The translations under genes were made by a program, and so were the position numbers. Below, piece after piece: positions 17,936-28,036 of a DNA stretch of 64,000 nt. Below the pieces are notes generated by a model. The model had not been told where the DNA came from, did not search any database, and worked only from the letters and a program-made list of their open reading frames with translations. The DNA is taken from contig PEAD01000013.1 in NCBI GenBank assembly GCA_002753335.1, forward strand, positions 1 through 64,000, given 5' to 3'. The DNA comes from Nitrospirae bacterium MYbin3 (GTDB lineage: Bacteria; Nitrospirota; Thermodesulfovibrionia; Thermodesulfovibrionales; Dissulfurispiraceae). The stretch's first letter is position 1, and every line of letters starts with the position of its first letter.

Positions 17936-19888
17936 ATGAGCGAAGCAGGGAAGCTGACTAAAGAGTTTACGGGCAGTCGATCACCAACTCGACAGCAGGA
18001 TTTTCTCCGTGCACTGGGTGTGGCGGTGCTGTATTATCTGATTGCACGGGTGAGTCTGTTGTTTATTATTCAGCCCGAAGGATTTGCGGTAATATGGCCC
18101 CCCAGCGGTTTTATCCTTGCGGTTTTGCTTCTGACAGAACGCCGGTCATGGCTTATCACGATGACTGCTGTTTTTATGGCGGTTGTGCTGGCAAATCTGT
18201 ACGCAGGGAATACGTTTGGGGTTAGTTTTGGATTTGCTTTAGCAAATTCGGTTGAGCCTCTTATTGCTGCATCGCTTTTAAACCGCTTTGTCACAACTCC
18301 AATCAGGTTCAACAAGATCAGGGATATAACAGGCTTCTGTCTGGTGGCTGTGATGGTAAGCAATGCCTTTACAGCGTTAGTTGGTGCTGCTGTTCCTGCC
18401 CTTGGTAAGGGAACACCATATTGGCGGGCATGGCTGGTTTGGTTTGTTGAAGACGGTGTTGGAATGCTGATTCTCACGCCGCTTATTGTGACCTTGGCGA
18501 GAGAAAGAGTAAATATTTTTAAAAACTCTGGGTTGATAGAGTTTGCCGCATTGCTTGGAGCTATCGCTGCCGTAACTTTGCTTAGCTTTGGTTTTGCACC
18601 TGAGAGGCTGAGTATCATCATGCGTCCTGAGCTTGTTATGCCTCTGCTTATATTGATGGCTATTCGTTTTAAGGTAGCAGGCGCAGCCTTAGCCTTATTA
18701 TTGGTCGCGCTGCTCAGCATTCTGCTTACAAAGTTAGGCATGGGGCCTTTTACCGTATCCGGACATACGACTTCTCTGGGGATAATATCTCTTCAGGTGT
18801 CTCTGTGGATAGCGAGCTTTGCAATATTGATTCTGGCTGCAACTATTGTTGAGCGGGAAGCTCTGAGCAACTCTCTTAAGAAAAGCCAGCTTTTGCTTAA
18901 TGAAACAGAACAGATCGGAAAGGTGGGCGGCTGGGAGTTTAACATTGACACAGGTGAGCAGACATGGACCGAAGAGATATATAACATCCATGAACTGGAT
19001 AGAGCACATAACCCTACCGTGGAACGAGGAGTTGAATTCTACACGCCGGCGTCAAAGCCAATTATTCAAGCTGCTGTGCAGCGTGCTATCGAGTGCAGCG
19101 AGCCATTTGATCTGGAGCTCGATATAATTACCGCCAAAGGCAATCTTAAGAGTGTTCATGCAATAGGAAGAGCGGATATAGAGCACCGCAGAGTTTATGG
19201 CTTCTTTCAAGATATCACAGAGCGCAAAAGGACGGACGAACAGATAAAACGCTCACTTGAGGAAAAGACCGTGATGCTTAAGGAGATTCATCACAGGGTG
19301 AAGAACAACATGCAAGTTATTTACAGCCTATTGAGCCTTCAGGCAAAGAGCATTGCCGACGAGACTGTTCGCGACAACCTGGAAGAGAGCAAGAACAGGG
19401 TAAAATCTATGGCGATGATACATGAAAGGCTTTATCGGTCTGCGGACTTGGCCCATATCGAGTTCAAAGACTATCTGAAGAGTCTTGCAGGCAGTATTGC
19501 CAATACATACAGAATTCATGATGTTGCGATATCTGTGGATATGGAACCTGTTTTTCTTGATGTTAATATGGGCATACCCTGTGGGCTGATCGTGAACGAG
19601 CTGTTATCAAACAGCCTGAAATATGCCTTTCCTGAAGGCAAAAAAGGAACGGTCAAAGTTGGTATAAACAGAGATGGCGAAGGGAATTATGTATTGTTTG
19701 TTGAGGACAACGGGATAGGCTTTCCTGCGGAGATCGACTTTCTCAATACCAAAACGCTTGGGCTCGAGCTGGTAAAGGGTCTGACCCGCCAGATCAATGG
19801 AAAAGCAGAGCTTTCAAGGGGAGCGGGAACGAGGTTCAGCATAACCTTCCCGGACAGCGCAGACACGGGAGGACAACAAAATGGATAA
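17936..19888 (+). CDS. MASE1-PAS-HisKA_2 sensor histidine kinase
   Basis: MASE1 TM region (IWPPSG, ANSVEPL), PAS (GGWEFNI), EIHHRVKNNMQ H-box, NELLSNSLKYAF. Confidence 0.92.
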   Translation: MSEAGKLTKEFTGSRSPTRQQDFLRALGVAVLYYLIARVSLLFIIQPEGFAVIWPPSGFILAVLLLTERRSWLITMTAVFMAVVLANLYAGNTFGVSFGFALANSVEPLIAASLLNRFVTTPIRFNKIRDITGFCLVAVMVSNAFTALVGAAVPALGKGTPYWRAWLVWFVEDGVGMLILTPLIVTLARERVNIFKNSGLIEFAALLGAIAAVTLLSFGFAPERLSIIMRPELVMPLLILMAIRFKVAGAALALLLVALLSILLTKLGMGPFTVSGHTTSLGIISLQVSLWIASFAILILAATIVEREALSNSLKKSQLLLNETEQIGKVGGWEFNIDTGEQTWTEEIYNIHELDRAHNPTVERGVEFYTPASKPIIQAAVQRAIECSEPFDLELDIITAKGNLKSVHAIGRADIEHRRVYGFFQDITERKRTDEQIKRSLEEKTVMLKEIHHRVKNNMQVIYSLLSLQAKSIADETVRDNLEESKNRVKSMAMIHERLYRSADLAHIEFKDYLKSLAGSIANTYRIHDVAISVDMEPVFLDVNMGIPCGLIVNELLSNSLKYAFPEGKKGTVKVGINRDGEGNYVLFVEDNGIGFPAEIDFLNTKTLGLELVKGLTRQINGKAELSRGAGTRFSITFPDSADTGGQQNG

Positions 19889-21410
19889 TTATCCCACAGA
19901 AGCCAAAAGGATTTTGGTGGTTGAAGACGAAATTGTTACCGCAATGGATCTAAAATCCAATCTTGTTAACCTCGGCTACGAAGTCTATGAAATTGCCTCT
20001 AACGGGAATGATGCGATACGCATGGCGAACGAATTTCGTCCTGATCTGGTTCTTATGGATATTCGTCTCAACGGCCCGATGAGCGGCATAGAAGCTGCAG
20101 AAGAAATACGCAAGTCCTGTTCAATTCCTATTGTTTATATGACCGCCCACACCGATGTTGAAACTATCGAAAAAGCTAAAATAACAGAACCCTTTGGATA
20201 TATTACCAAGCCCTGTGATAATAGCACGCTCATGAGCACAATAGAAGTAGCGCTATATAAATCTGAGTCGGATGCCCGTCGCAGAAAGGCCGAGAAGGCT
20301 TTGGAAGAGAGTGAAGCGCGATACCGGCGCATTACTGAAGGACTCACCGACTATCAGTATTCGGTGAGGATAGAAAACGGACGTGCTGTAGAGACTAAGC
20401 ATAGTGCTGCCTGCGCTGCGTTAACCGGATATACGGCTGAAGAGTTTGCTGCTGATCCGTATTTATGGATCAGTATGGTGGTGGATGAGGACCGTGATCT
20501 GATAATCAAGCGTGTGGAGCAGATTTTAGCTGGCAGGGATATTCAGCCTATCGAGCATCGGCTCATACGCAAAGACGGCGCCCTGCGCTGGGTGAGAGAC
20601 AATATTATTATTTATAAGGACCCTTCAGGTCGTCTAATGTCATATGACGGAGTGGTCAAGGATATCACCGAGCGAAAAAAACTGGAAGAGCAGCTGCTTC
20701 AGTCGCAGAAGATGGAGGCGATAGGTGTGCTTGCCGGAGGTGTGGCACATGATTTCAATAACATACTTATGTCGGTAATCGGCTATGGGACAATGGCTAA
20801 AAAAAGGCTCAAAGATGATGCTGAAACAAAAGAATTTGTGGAAGAGATGCTCGCAGGGGCGAATCGTGCCGCTGAGCTCACGCGCGGACTGCTTGCCTTC
20901 AGCCGTAAGCAGGTAATAATTCCTAAAGAGAATAATCTTAATGTCATAGTCAAAAACCTAGAGAGGACGCTTCGCAGAATTATGGGTGAGGGAATAGAGT
21001 TAAAGACCGTTTTTATCGACAGGGATATTATGGTGAAGGTTGATGAGGGGCAGATAGACAAGGTGCTGCTGAACCTTGCTACCAACGCCAGTGATGCGAT
21101 GCCTGATGGAGGGTATCTGATAATTGGCACAGATATGGTCAATATTGATGACAGCTATTCCGAGGCTAATCTTTTTGAGAACAAAGGCTGGCATGCTGTA
21201 TTGACGGTATCTGATACAGGCAGGGGCATGGATTTAAAGACAAGACAAAATATATTCGAACCGTTTTTCACCACAAAGGGAATTGGAAAGGCAACAGGAC
21301 TTGGCTTGGCAATGGCTTACGGAATAATCAAGCAGCATGGCGGAAATATAACGGTTGACAGTGAACTGGGCAAAGGTACGACCTTCAGAATATACCTGCC
21401 TATGATGTAG
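19881..21410 (+). CDS. REC-PAS-HisKA-HATPase hybrid kinase
   Basis: N-terminal REC (ILVVEDE, DLVLMDI), PAS, AHDFNN H-box, HATPase; overlaps the upstream stop. Confidence 0.92.
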   Translation: MDNYPTEAKRILVVEDEIVTAMDLKSNLVNLGYEVYEIASNGNDAIRMANEFRPDLVLMDIRLNGPMSGIEAAEEIRKSCSIPIVYMTAHTDVETIEKAKITEPFGYITKPCDNSTLMSTIEVALYKSESDARRRKAEKALEESEARYRRITEGLTDYQYSVRIENGRAVETKHSAACAALTGYTAEEFAADPYLWISMVVDEDRDLIIKRVEQILAGRDIQPIEHRLIRKDGALRWVRDNIIIYKDPSGRLMSYDGVVKDITERKKLEEQLLQSQKMEAIGVLAGGVAHDFNNILMSVIGYGTMAKKRLKDDAETKEFVEEMLAGANRAAELTRGLLAFSRKQVIIPKENNLNVIVKNLERTLRRIMGEGIELKTVFIDRDIMVKVDEGQIDKVLLNLATNASDAMPDGGYLIIGTDMVNIDDSYSEANLFENKGWHAVLTVSDTGRGMDLKTRQNIFEPFFTTKGIGKATGLGLAMAYGIIKQHGGNITVDSELGKGTTFRIYLPMM

Positions 21411-21429
21411 ACAACAGAGCAGCAACGGT

Positions 21430-21651
21430 TTACAGCTTCATCTCTTTTTCTATAATAGGTGCAAAAGGTTTGGGTTGGTGATTTATAAATTTATTGAACT
21501 GAGTAACAAACTCTATGTAAGCGTCAGTTACAACTTTGCCGTCTTTGATAAATGGATTGTGCCGCTGAATTGCCACCTTTTCCATATCCATGCACATAGA
21601 TTCCGACGACGCAAGTCTTTGCAGTTCTTCTGCCGTTTTTTCATCGAGCAT
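21430..21651 (-). CDS. Small hypothetical partner of the nucleotidyltransferase
   Basis: 73 aa, translationally coupled (TAATG overlap) to the upstream NTase gene. Confidence 0.6.
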   Translation of the reverse strand: MLDEKTAEELQRLASSESMCMDMEKVAIQRHNPFIKDGKVVTDAYIEFVTQFNKFINHQPKPFAPIIEKEMKL

Positions 21652-22196
21652 TATTGTTCCATACTCCTTTTTAGCTCATCGAATACTGATCTCATATCAA
21701 GAATAGCACAATATTTTTCTATAAGCAGCCAGTCGGTCTTTTCTGCTCGAAGGTAAAGGAGAGTTTTAATATCCTCTGTATCGATCGCAAGCCTTTTGGG
21801 ATTGTTTTTTATAGCCTGCAATTTCAGTCCAATAATGTCTTCTGGAATTAGCGTTCTAATTTTTATCTCCCCGTCAAATATATCTTTGAGTTCAGATCGT
21901 TCAAGCATCCCCACACTGGCTTCTCGAAAGGCATGAAGGAAATCAACTTCACCTAAAACGCGTAGCGGAGAAATATACTGCGAAACATTTTCGCTCTTAT
22001 GCCTGCAGTCGTATCCGAGTCCCAGCATTATAGTGTCTATCTTTTCAATATCATCAAGACTCACTAAAAAATCGAGATCAACAGTTGCTCTCGAGCCGCC
22101 CCACAGTCCTATAGCAAATCCGCCCATAAGTGCATAGCGAATGTTATGCTTCTGAAAAGCGGCGAGGAGATGCGAGATAATATTTTTAAAATCCAT
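21651..22196 (-). CDS. Nucleotidyltransferase (DUF6036/AbiEii-like)
   Basis: YALMGGFA...RATVDLDFL, EDIIGLKLQA, D.ED. Confidence 0.8.
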   Translation of the reverse strand: MDFKNIISHLLAAFQKHNIRYALMGGFAIGLWGGSRATVDLDFLVSLDDIEKIDTIMLGLGYDCRHKSENVSQYISPLRVLGEVDFLHAFREASVGMLERSELKDIFDGEIKIRTLIPEDIIGLKLQAIKNNPKRLAIDTEDIKTLLYLRAEKTDWLLIEKYCAILDMRSVFDELKRSMEQ

Positions 22197-22242
22197 ATAT
22201 CAAATAATACTGTTTTCGTCGGAGTCAGTGTCAACTAAAACA

Positions 22243-22275
22243 AAAGGGTCAGCAAACTAAGTTTGCTGACCCTTT
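22243..22275 (-). terminator. Intrinsic terminator of hup
   Basis: Perfect 15-bp inverted repeat AAAGGGTCAGCAAAC-TAA-GTTTGCTGACCCTTT. Confidence 0.8.
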
Positions 22276-22295
22276 ACATGTTGTTTTTTTGTTGC

Positions 22296-22568
22296 TTACT
22301 TAACTGCGTCTTTCAGTGTTTTGCCTGCTGTGAATTTGGGGACTTTGCGTGCAGCAATTTTGATCTCTTTGCCGGTCTGAGGGTTGCGGCCTTTTCTTGC
22401 CTTCCTCTTCGAAACAGAGAAGCTGCCGAAGCCGATAAGGATGACCTTCTGTCCCTTTTTAAGAGTGGCCTTGATTGCCTCAATTGTTGCATCGATTGCT
22501 TTGCCTGCTGCTGCCTTCGAAAGGTCTGAGTCTTTTGCTACCTTCTCGATGAGTTCTTGCTTTGTCAT
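22296..22568 (-). CDS. hup: DNA-binding protein HU
   Basis: [50 protein letters not shown]. Confidence 0.96.
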   Translation of the reverse strand: MTKQELIEKVAKDSDLSKAAAGKAIDATIEAIKATLKKGQKVILIGFGSFSVSKRKARKGRNPQTGKEIKIAARKVPKFTAGKTLKDAVK

Positions 22569-22699
22569 GAATACTACCTCCGATAATATTTTTAGATGCA
22601 ATAAAGTATCAACTTTTATAAAGAACTGTCAATAGAATTATTTGCTCAGCAGCTCGGAGCTTGTGAGGTAAGCAGTTTTTTGTGATAATAGATGTACAG

Positions 22700-22984
22700 A
22701 TGACAGAGGAAAAATTACCGGTTTTGGCGGCAAGGACTGTGGGCTGGTGTGTTTATGCACTGGACTGCAGGGGAAAGATTTATATCGGCATTACAAACGA
22801 TCTTTCTAAGAGGCTGCAAACACACGCTTCAGGAAAGGGCAGCCGCTTTGTAAGATCTCATCTTCCGTTTACGGTTATAGGCCAAATTGAATGTGAAACA
22901 CGCTCCGAGGCGCTTAAGCTTGAGGCTCACCTTAAAAAACTGCGCAGGTCCGAGAAGCTTAGCGTATTTGGAAACATACGCTAA
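22700..22984 (+). CDS. GIY-YIG nuclease (YhbQ-like)
   Basis: WCVYAL..YIGITNDLSKRLQTHASGKG, ALKLE..LK. Confidence 0.85.
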   Translation: MTEEKLPVLAARTVGWCVYALDCRGKIYIGITNDLSKRLQTHASGKGSRFVRSHLPFTVIGQIECETRSEALKLEAHLKKLRRSEKLSVFGNIR

Positions 22985-23011
22985 GCTCTTGGTAAATGTG
23001 CTGCGGGTGTA

Positions 23012-23710
23012 TTATTTTTTTACCGAAATAAGTTCTACTTCAAAAATAAGCACAGCATTAGGTCCTATCTGCTGTCCTGCTCCCTGCTCACCATAGGCCA
23101 GTTTGGAGGGGATGAAAAGCTGCCATTTTGCGCCGGGCTTCATCAACTGCAGCGCCTCGGTCCATCCAGCGATAACTTGGTTTACACCGAATTCAGCAGG
23201 TTTGCCTCTGCGGTATGAACTGTCAAACTCTGTGCCGTTTATAAGCGTGCCGCGATAATGCACCGACACAGTATCTGATGCTTTAGGCGATTCACCTTTT
23301 CCGTCTGATATGATTTTATACTGCAGCCCGCTTGGAAGGGTCTTTACTCCGGGTTTCTTTTTGTTGGCTTCAAGAAACTGCTCTCCTTCTTTGCTGTTTT
23401 TGCCTGCGGATTCTTTTCTCTGTTTTTCATGCTTTGACCTTACTTCGTTTTGAATATCGGCTTTGCTCGCATTTATTTCGCTTTCGCTCAAAAGCGGCTT
23501 GCTGCCTGACATGGCATCCTTAAACCCTTTGATGAAGGAGTCCTGATCGATAGATATGCCCTGGGCTTTTAGGCTGTTTCCGACATCCAGCCCCACGCTG
23601 TAGCTGTTTTTGCTTTTCTGTGTTTTGAGGCCGTTCTTTTCTGCAGCAAATGCCTGCGAAGCGATAACAGCCAGTGTTAAAACAATCGAAAGCCAAAATT
23701 TCATTCTCAT
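23012..23710 (-). CDS. FKBP-type peptidyl-prolyl isomerase (Mip/FkpA-like), exported
   Basis: Signal peptide, SYSVG, SGLQY, VHYRGTLINGTEFDSS, VIAGWTEALQLM. Confidence 0.95.
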   Translation of the reverse strand: MRMKFWLSIVLTLAVIASQAFAAEKNGLKTQKSKNSYSVGLDVGNSLKAQGISIDQDSFIKGFKDAMSGSKPLLSESEINASKADIQNEVRSKHEKQRKESAGKNSKEGEQFLEANKKKPGVKTLPSGLQYKIISDGKGESPKASDTVSVHYRGTLINGTEFDSSYRRGKPAEFGVNQVIAGWTEALQLMKPGAKWQLFIPSKLAYGEQGAGQQIGPNAVLIFEVELISVKK

Positions 23711-23743
23711 ATTCCCTCCAGTTTTTATTATAGTGTGGAGAAG

Positions 23744-24421
23744 TCAGTTTATTGCTCTTGCGAGCTCTCCGAAATCTCTTATTGAGCTGAAGCCTTTTGC
23801 TTCGGGTGATTCTTTTTTAGAGTTGCCGCGTGCTTTAAAAAAGATATGCTTTATCCCAAATCTTTTTGCGGTATGAAGTATCTCGATAGTATCGTCAATA
23901 AACAGCGCGGTGTGCTTGTCAAAACCTAATAGGCGCTCGGTCTTTTCCCAGAACTCGATCATCTCTTTCGGATAGCCTATTTCGAAAGAGGTTACGCATC
24001 TGTCAAAATATCCTCCTATCTCTGTTTTTTTCAGCTTAATGTCGAGCACTTTATAATGGGCGTTAGTGAGCATGTAAACTTTTTTATTTTGTCTCTTCAG
24101 AGCTTTTAGAAAATCCTCTACGTGGGGATGCACCTCAATGAGATGCTTTATCTGCTCTTTCAGCGCAGGGATGTCGAGGTTCAACTCCCGCGACCAGAAA
24201 TCTATATCGGTCCAGTTGAGAGTGCCTTCATGCGTCTTGTAAAGCGCAAGCAGAACTTCTTTTGCTTTGCCGAATGTTACATTATGCTTCTCTGAATATT
24301 TTTCGGGGACAAGGTGCTCCCAGAAATAATCGTCGAAATATTTGTCCAGAAGAGTGCCGTCCATATCGAGGAGAACGACGCTGATTTCGGAGAAGTCTAT
24401 CAATCCTCTCCTCTGTACCAT
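23744..24421 (-). CDS. HAD hydrolase (YrfG-like GMP/IMP nucleotidase)
   Basis: LLDMDGTLLDKYFDDYFW, LTNAH, GYPKE, FIDD; start uncertain. Confidence 0.88.
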   Translation of the reverse strand: MVQRRGLIDFSEISVVLLDMDGTLLDKYFDDYFWEHLVPEKYSEKHNVTFGKAKEVLLALYKTHEGTLNWTDIDFWSRELNLDIPALKEQIKHLIEVHPHVEDFLKALKRQNKKVYMLTNAHYKVLDIKLKKTEIGGYFDRCVTSFEIGYPKEMIEFWEKTERLLGFDKHTALFIDDTIEILHTAKRFGIKHIFFKARGNSKKESPEAKGFSSIRDFGELARAIN

Positions 24422-24963
24422 GCATAATCTATGTGGTCTTTAGTCCGGTTGTAGATGAACTCAAGCAAACTCTTGAGTTCGAAAAATATCTCATCATAGA
24501 GGTCGTCATCGAGTATTTCTGCAGAATCGATATCATAATAATAAGATATCTCAAACTCCCTGCCGGTCTCTTCTCCATCGAATATTTCTTTTGAAACAAG
24601 CACCGGTTCTATGTCAGGAAATTCCGCTTCAATTTCGCGCAGTATTTTTTTTATGTCCGGAACCTCTTTCATTATAGGAAAGAGCACCGTGAACTCGATC
24701 TCTATAGAAGTGTCAACATCGGTGGCTTCATCTTCTTCGAGGTTTTCCTCATGAATAGTCATTCCTGTCTGAAACGCGTCATAAGTCAGCTCGGCCGTAG
24801 CAGAGACATAATAGGGCGGCTCTTTGTCAGGAAGTCCGAAGAAAAACTTGCATTCACGGTCAAGGGTAAACTGTTCGATCATAACCTGCATATTAAATAT
24901 TTCAAGGTGCTCTTTTGCCACATCAGCCATTTTCATCTGTACTTCTTCAAATCTCGGCATCAA
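24400..24963 (-). CDS. Highly acidic hypothetical protein
   Basis: 187-aa D/E-rich ORF with GGAGG RBS, coupled to the HAD gene. Confidence 0.7.
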   Translation of the reverse strand: MMPRFEEVQMKMADVAKEHLEIFNMQVMIEQFTLDRECKFFFGLPDKEPPYYVSATAELTYDAFQTGMTIHEENLEEDEATDVDTSIEIEFTVLFPIMKEVPDIKKILREIEAEFPDIEPVLVSKEIFDGEETGREFEISYYYDIDSAEILDDDLYDEIFFELKSLLEFIYNRTKDHIDYAWYRGED

Positions 24964-25005
24964 ACCTCCGCTTGCTTAAATTGATTTGAAATTATAACAT
25001 GAAAT

Positions 25006-25725
25006 ATGTCGTTGCTGTCCGAGAAGGTTGTTGTTGTTTCAGGCGGGACAAGGGGTCTTGGCAGAAGCATTGTATTGTCCTTTCTTGAAAACGGCTGTTT
25101 TGTAGCTTTCAACTATATTGTTTCTGAGGTTTCTGCAAATTCTATAACAAAAGAGTTTGGCAGCAAAGTGCTTGCAATTAAATGCGATGTGAGAAGTTCT
25201 GCCCAGATAGGAGCTATGGCTGAAACGGTTGTTCAAAAATGGGGCGGGGCGGATATTTTAATAAATAATGCCGGAATAGTATCAGATTCTCCTCTTGTCA
25301 GGCAGGATGAAAAGCAATGGGATGATGTTATTTCTGTGAACCTTAAGGGCGCTTTCAGAATGACCAAGGCCTTTGCGCCGCTTATCCGCTGCGGAGGCCA
25401 TATAATAAATATATCCTCCTATTCAGGAATAAAGGGCCAGAGAGGTCAGGCCGCATACAGCGCATCTAAGGCTGCACTGATTGGTTTTACAAAATCGCTT
25501 GCGCATGAATTGGCAGTCGGGGGAATAATGGTCAACGCGGTTTTTCCGGGCTATATGCTTACGGATATGGGCGCTTCATCCCTGGTTGCTGCTGAAGCTG
25601 CAAAAGCAGAAAGCCTGAAGGGAACCCTTTCCGACCCTCAGGAGGCTGCATCATTCATACGTTTTCTGTCAGGTGCGAAAAATATTACCGGACAGGTTTT
25701 TTCTATTGATTCGAGAATAATTTAA
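25006..25725 (+). CDS. SDR oxidoreductase (FabG-like)
   Basis: SGGTRGLG, NNAG, YSASK. Confidence 0.9.
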   Translation: MSLLSEKVVVVSGGTRGLGRSIVLSFLENGCFVAFNYIVSEVSANSITKEFGSKVLAIKCDVRSSAQIGAMAETVVQKWGGADILINNAGIVSDSPLVRQDEKQWDDVISVNLKGAFRMTKAFAPLIRCGGHIINISSYSGIKGQRGQAAYSASKAALIGFTKSLAHELAVGGIMVNAVFPGYMLTDMGASSLVAAEAAKAESLKGTLSDPQEAASFIRFLSGAKNITGQVFSIDSRII

Positions 25726-25786
25726 ATTCAGCGTGCTATAATTCTATACAAACCTACATTAAAATATTCATTTCAAGGAGCCTCGA

Positions 25787-26539
25787 ATGAAACTAAAAAC
25801 CTTAATTTTAGCCTGTACCTTGTCAATTTCGATAATCGCCTCTGCTGCTTATGGTGCGGACAAGGCAGCCAGTCCGGGCATGTCATCACCTCACGGGGGA
25901 ATGGGGGCGCCTGAAGATGCCGGTTCTATTACAGGCAAAGTGGTAGAGACTATGGACAGCGGAGGCTATACATATGTGCGCATCGAGAAAGATGGCAAGA
26001 AGATATGGCTTGCCATGCCCACAACAAAGGTGACAAAAGGCAAGACCATGACTTTTTCTGCCGGCGGCAAGATGATGAATTTTGAGAGCAAGACGCTCAA
26101 GCGCACCTTCACCGAGATTATTTTTTCGGGCGGGCCTATAGGTCAGCAGAAGCCATCTGTAGGCGGTGCATCAACAGGCAGCAAAAACAAGGTGATCAGC
26201 ATATCAGACCATATAAAGGTAGAAAAGGCATCAGGAGCTAACGCATACACAATAGGAGATCTGTATAAAAACAAAGTTAAGCTTGATAAAAAAGAAGTTG
26301 TAGTAAGGGGGAAAGTGGTAAAGGTATCGAGCGGGATTATGGGCACGAACTGGATTCATATTCAGGACGGAAGCGGAAACCGTAAAAAGGGCAGCCATGA
26401 CCTCGTCGTAACGTCCGATGACAAGCCAACCGTGGGTGATACGGTTACTGCTACCGGCACGCTGAGCAAGGATAAGGATTTCGGCGGAGGTTACAAATAC
26501 GATCTCATAATTGAAAAAGCAGGGTTGGTTCCATATTAG
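25787..26539 (+). CDS. Exported NrfJ-related / OB-fold protein
   Basis: Signal peptide, GKVVETMDSGGYTYV, C-terminal OB-like VRGKVVKV..GIMGTNWIHIQDG, KDFGGGY. Confidence 0.7.
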   Translation: MKLKTLILACTLSISIIASAAYGADKAASPGMSSPHGGMGAPEDAGSITGKVVETMDSGGYTYVRIEKDGKKIWLAMPTTKVTKGKTMTFSAGGKMMNFESKTLKRTFTEIIFSGGPIGQQKPSVGGASTGSKNKVISISDHIKVEKASGANAYTIGDLYKNKVKLDKKEVVVRGKVVKVSSGIMGTNWIHIQDGSGNRKKGSHDLVVTSDDKPTVGDTVTATGTLSKDKDFGGGYKYDLIIEKAGLVPY

Positions 26540-26551
26540 ACAATGATGTTT

Positions 26552-26578
26552 GCCGTCGCGGCTTCAAGCCGCGACGGC
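26552..26578. terminator. GC-rich hairpin between convergent genes
   Basis: GCCGTCGCGGCTT-C-AAGCCGCGACGGC perfect inverted repeat. Confidence 0.7.
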
Positions 26579-26615
26579 GATTAGTTTATACCCCAAAAAT
26601 CAGAATTCTGCCTTT

Positions 26616-27197
26616 TTATTTTCCGAAGTTCACCTTAGGTGCAGCTTTCTCGGCCTCAGGAATATCGTAATAAGTCGCTTGGTAAACATTTGCGATAGCT
26701 GCTATTAATCTGCCGAAGAATGACCTTGTATATGTATTCAGCACCTTGACCACATCGTTGTAGCGTTTTCTCTCGACCGCAATTCTGTTTTCTGTTCCTT
26801 CAAGGCTGTCCTGCAGTTTAAGGAAGGATTCATTCGCCTTGAGATTTGGATAGGTTTCTTTAAGCACGAGCAGTCTTGAAAGAAAACCTTCGAGCTGATT
26901 GGATGCCGCGATTTGGTCTTTCGGTGTCTTTGCCTGAAAATACTGAGTCCTTGCCGCTGCAATGTTTTCGAATAGGCCTTTTTCATGCGATGCGTAGCCT
27001 TTTACCGTTTCAACGAGATTCGGTATCAGATCGTATCTTCGCTTTAGCTGGTTTTCGACCTGCGCCCATTGGGCCTTTACCTGCTCGTCCATTGCTACGA
27101 TTTGGTTGTACTCACCTATGACCCACATGCCCACAAAGACCCCGACTAAAAGCAGTAGCCCTAGAACTACGATTGCTATTTTTGCTGCATTGCCCAT
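26616..27197 (-). CDS. lemA: LemA family protein
   Basis: N-terminal TM, QWAQVENQLKRRYDLIPNLVETVKGYASHE, YPNLKANESF, EGTENRIAVER; GGAGG RBS before 27197. Confidence 0.93.
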   Translation of the reverse strand: MGNAAKIAIVVLGLLLLVGVFVGMWVIGEYNQIVAMDEQVKAQWAQVENQLKRRYDLIPNLVETVKGYASHEKGLFENIAAARTQYFQAKTPKDQIAASNQLEGFLSRLLVLKETYPNLKANESFLKLQDSLEGTENRIAVERKRYNDVVKVLNTYTRSFFGRLIAAIANVYQATYYDIPEAEKAAPKVNFGK

Positions 27198-27228
27198 AAA
27201 ATTTCCTCCTTTATTTTGCTGTATTAAC

Positions 27229-28017
27229 TTACCAATCTCCAGATGCGCCGCCGCCGCCGAAGCCGCCGCCACCCCCGCCGCCAAAGCCCCCACCGCCGCC
27301 GGACCAGCCGCCTGCGTTTCGGCTGAAGATGAGCGCCAAAAGCGTATTATAGATTATGTTGATGAAAATGTATGAAAACAGGCTCGGATTTTTGATGAAC
27401 AGCACAAGCGCCAATACAAAAAGTATTGCGGCAAGGATTATCGTAAACGTAGAATCTTTTTTTTGTGCAGGCTGCCGCTGCATTTTGGTTTTTGTTTGAG
27501 GCTTTGGCATTCCGGTTATTTCTATGTTATCCTTAGCCGCAATCGTCCGGGTTATTGCTGTGACAGCGCTGAAAAGACCTCCGGTATAGTCGCCTTTTCT
27601 AAAATGCGGAACCATATGCTCCCTGCCTACAGATCCCACGAAGCCATCCGGCAGTATGCCTTCAAGCCCGTATCCGACTTCTATGCGATATTTTTTTTCT
27701 TTCAACGCGACTGTTATTAGTGCGCCGTTGTCTTTGCCCTTTTGCCCTGTTTTCCATTTTTCTGCCATTCTCAAGCTAAAACCTGCGATGTCTTCTCCGT
27801 CAAGGCTTTGAACAGTCAGAACCATAATCTGGGCCGTTGTTTTTTGTTCGAGTTCTCTGAGATAGGCATTCATCTGCTGCTCTTTTGAGTCTTCGACTAT
27901 TCCGGCAAGGTCTGTCACATAGTTTTGGGGTTTAGCTGGAGGTTCAGGTACGGCGGCAAAAGAAGCGTTTATGACAATAAGACAGAACACAAGCGTCAGT
28001 AACAACTGAAGCATCAT
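27229..28017 (-). CDS. TPM-domain (YgcG-like) membrane protein
   Basis: VTDLAG, GQKGKDNG, RIEVGYGLEGILPD, Gly-rich tail GGGGASGDW; start uncertain. Confidence 0.9.
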   Translation of the reverse strand: MMLQLLLTLVFCLIVINASFAAVPEPPAKPQNYVTDLAGIVEDSKEQQMNAYLRELEQKTTAQIMVLTVQSLDGEDIAGFSLRMAEKWKTGQKGKDNGALITVALKEKKYRIEVGYGLEGILPDGFVGSVGREHMVPHFRKGDYTGGLFSAVTAITRTIAAKDNIEITGMPKPQTKTKMQRQPAQKKDSTFTIILAAILFVLALVLFIKNPSLFSYIFINIIYNTLLALIFSRNAGGWSGGGGGFGGGGGGGFGGGGASGDW

Positions 28018-28036
28018 AAATGCTGATAGATAAAAA

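Noticed and set aside
26552..26578. REP/MITE interpretation of the perfect palindrome
   Set aside because: No second copy seen in the window; its position between convergent genes fits a terminator.
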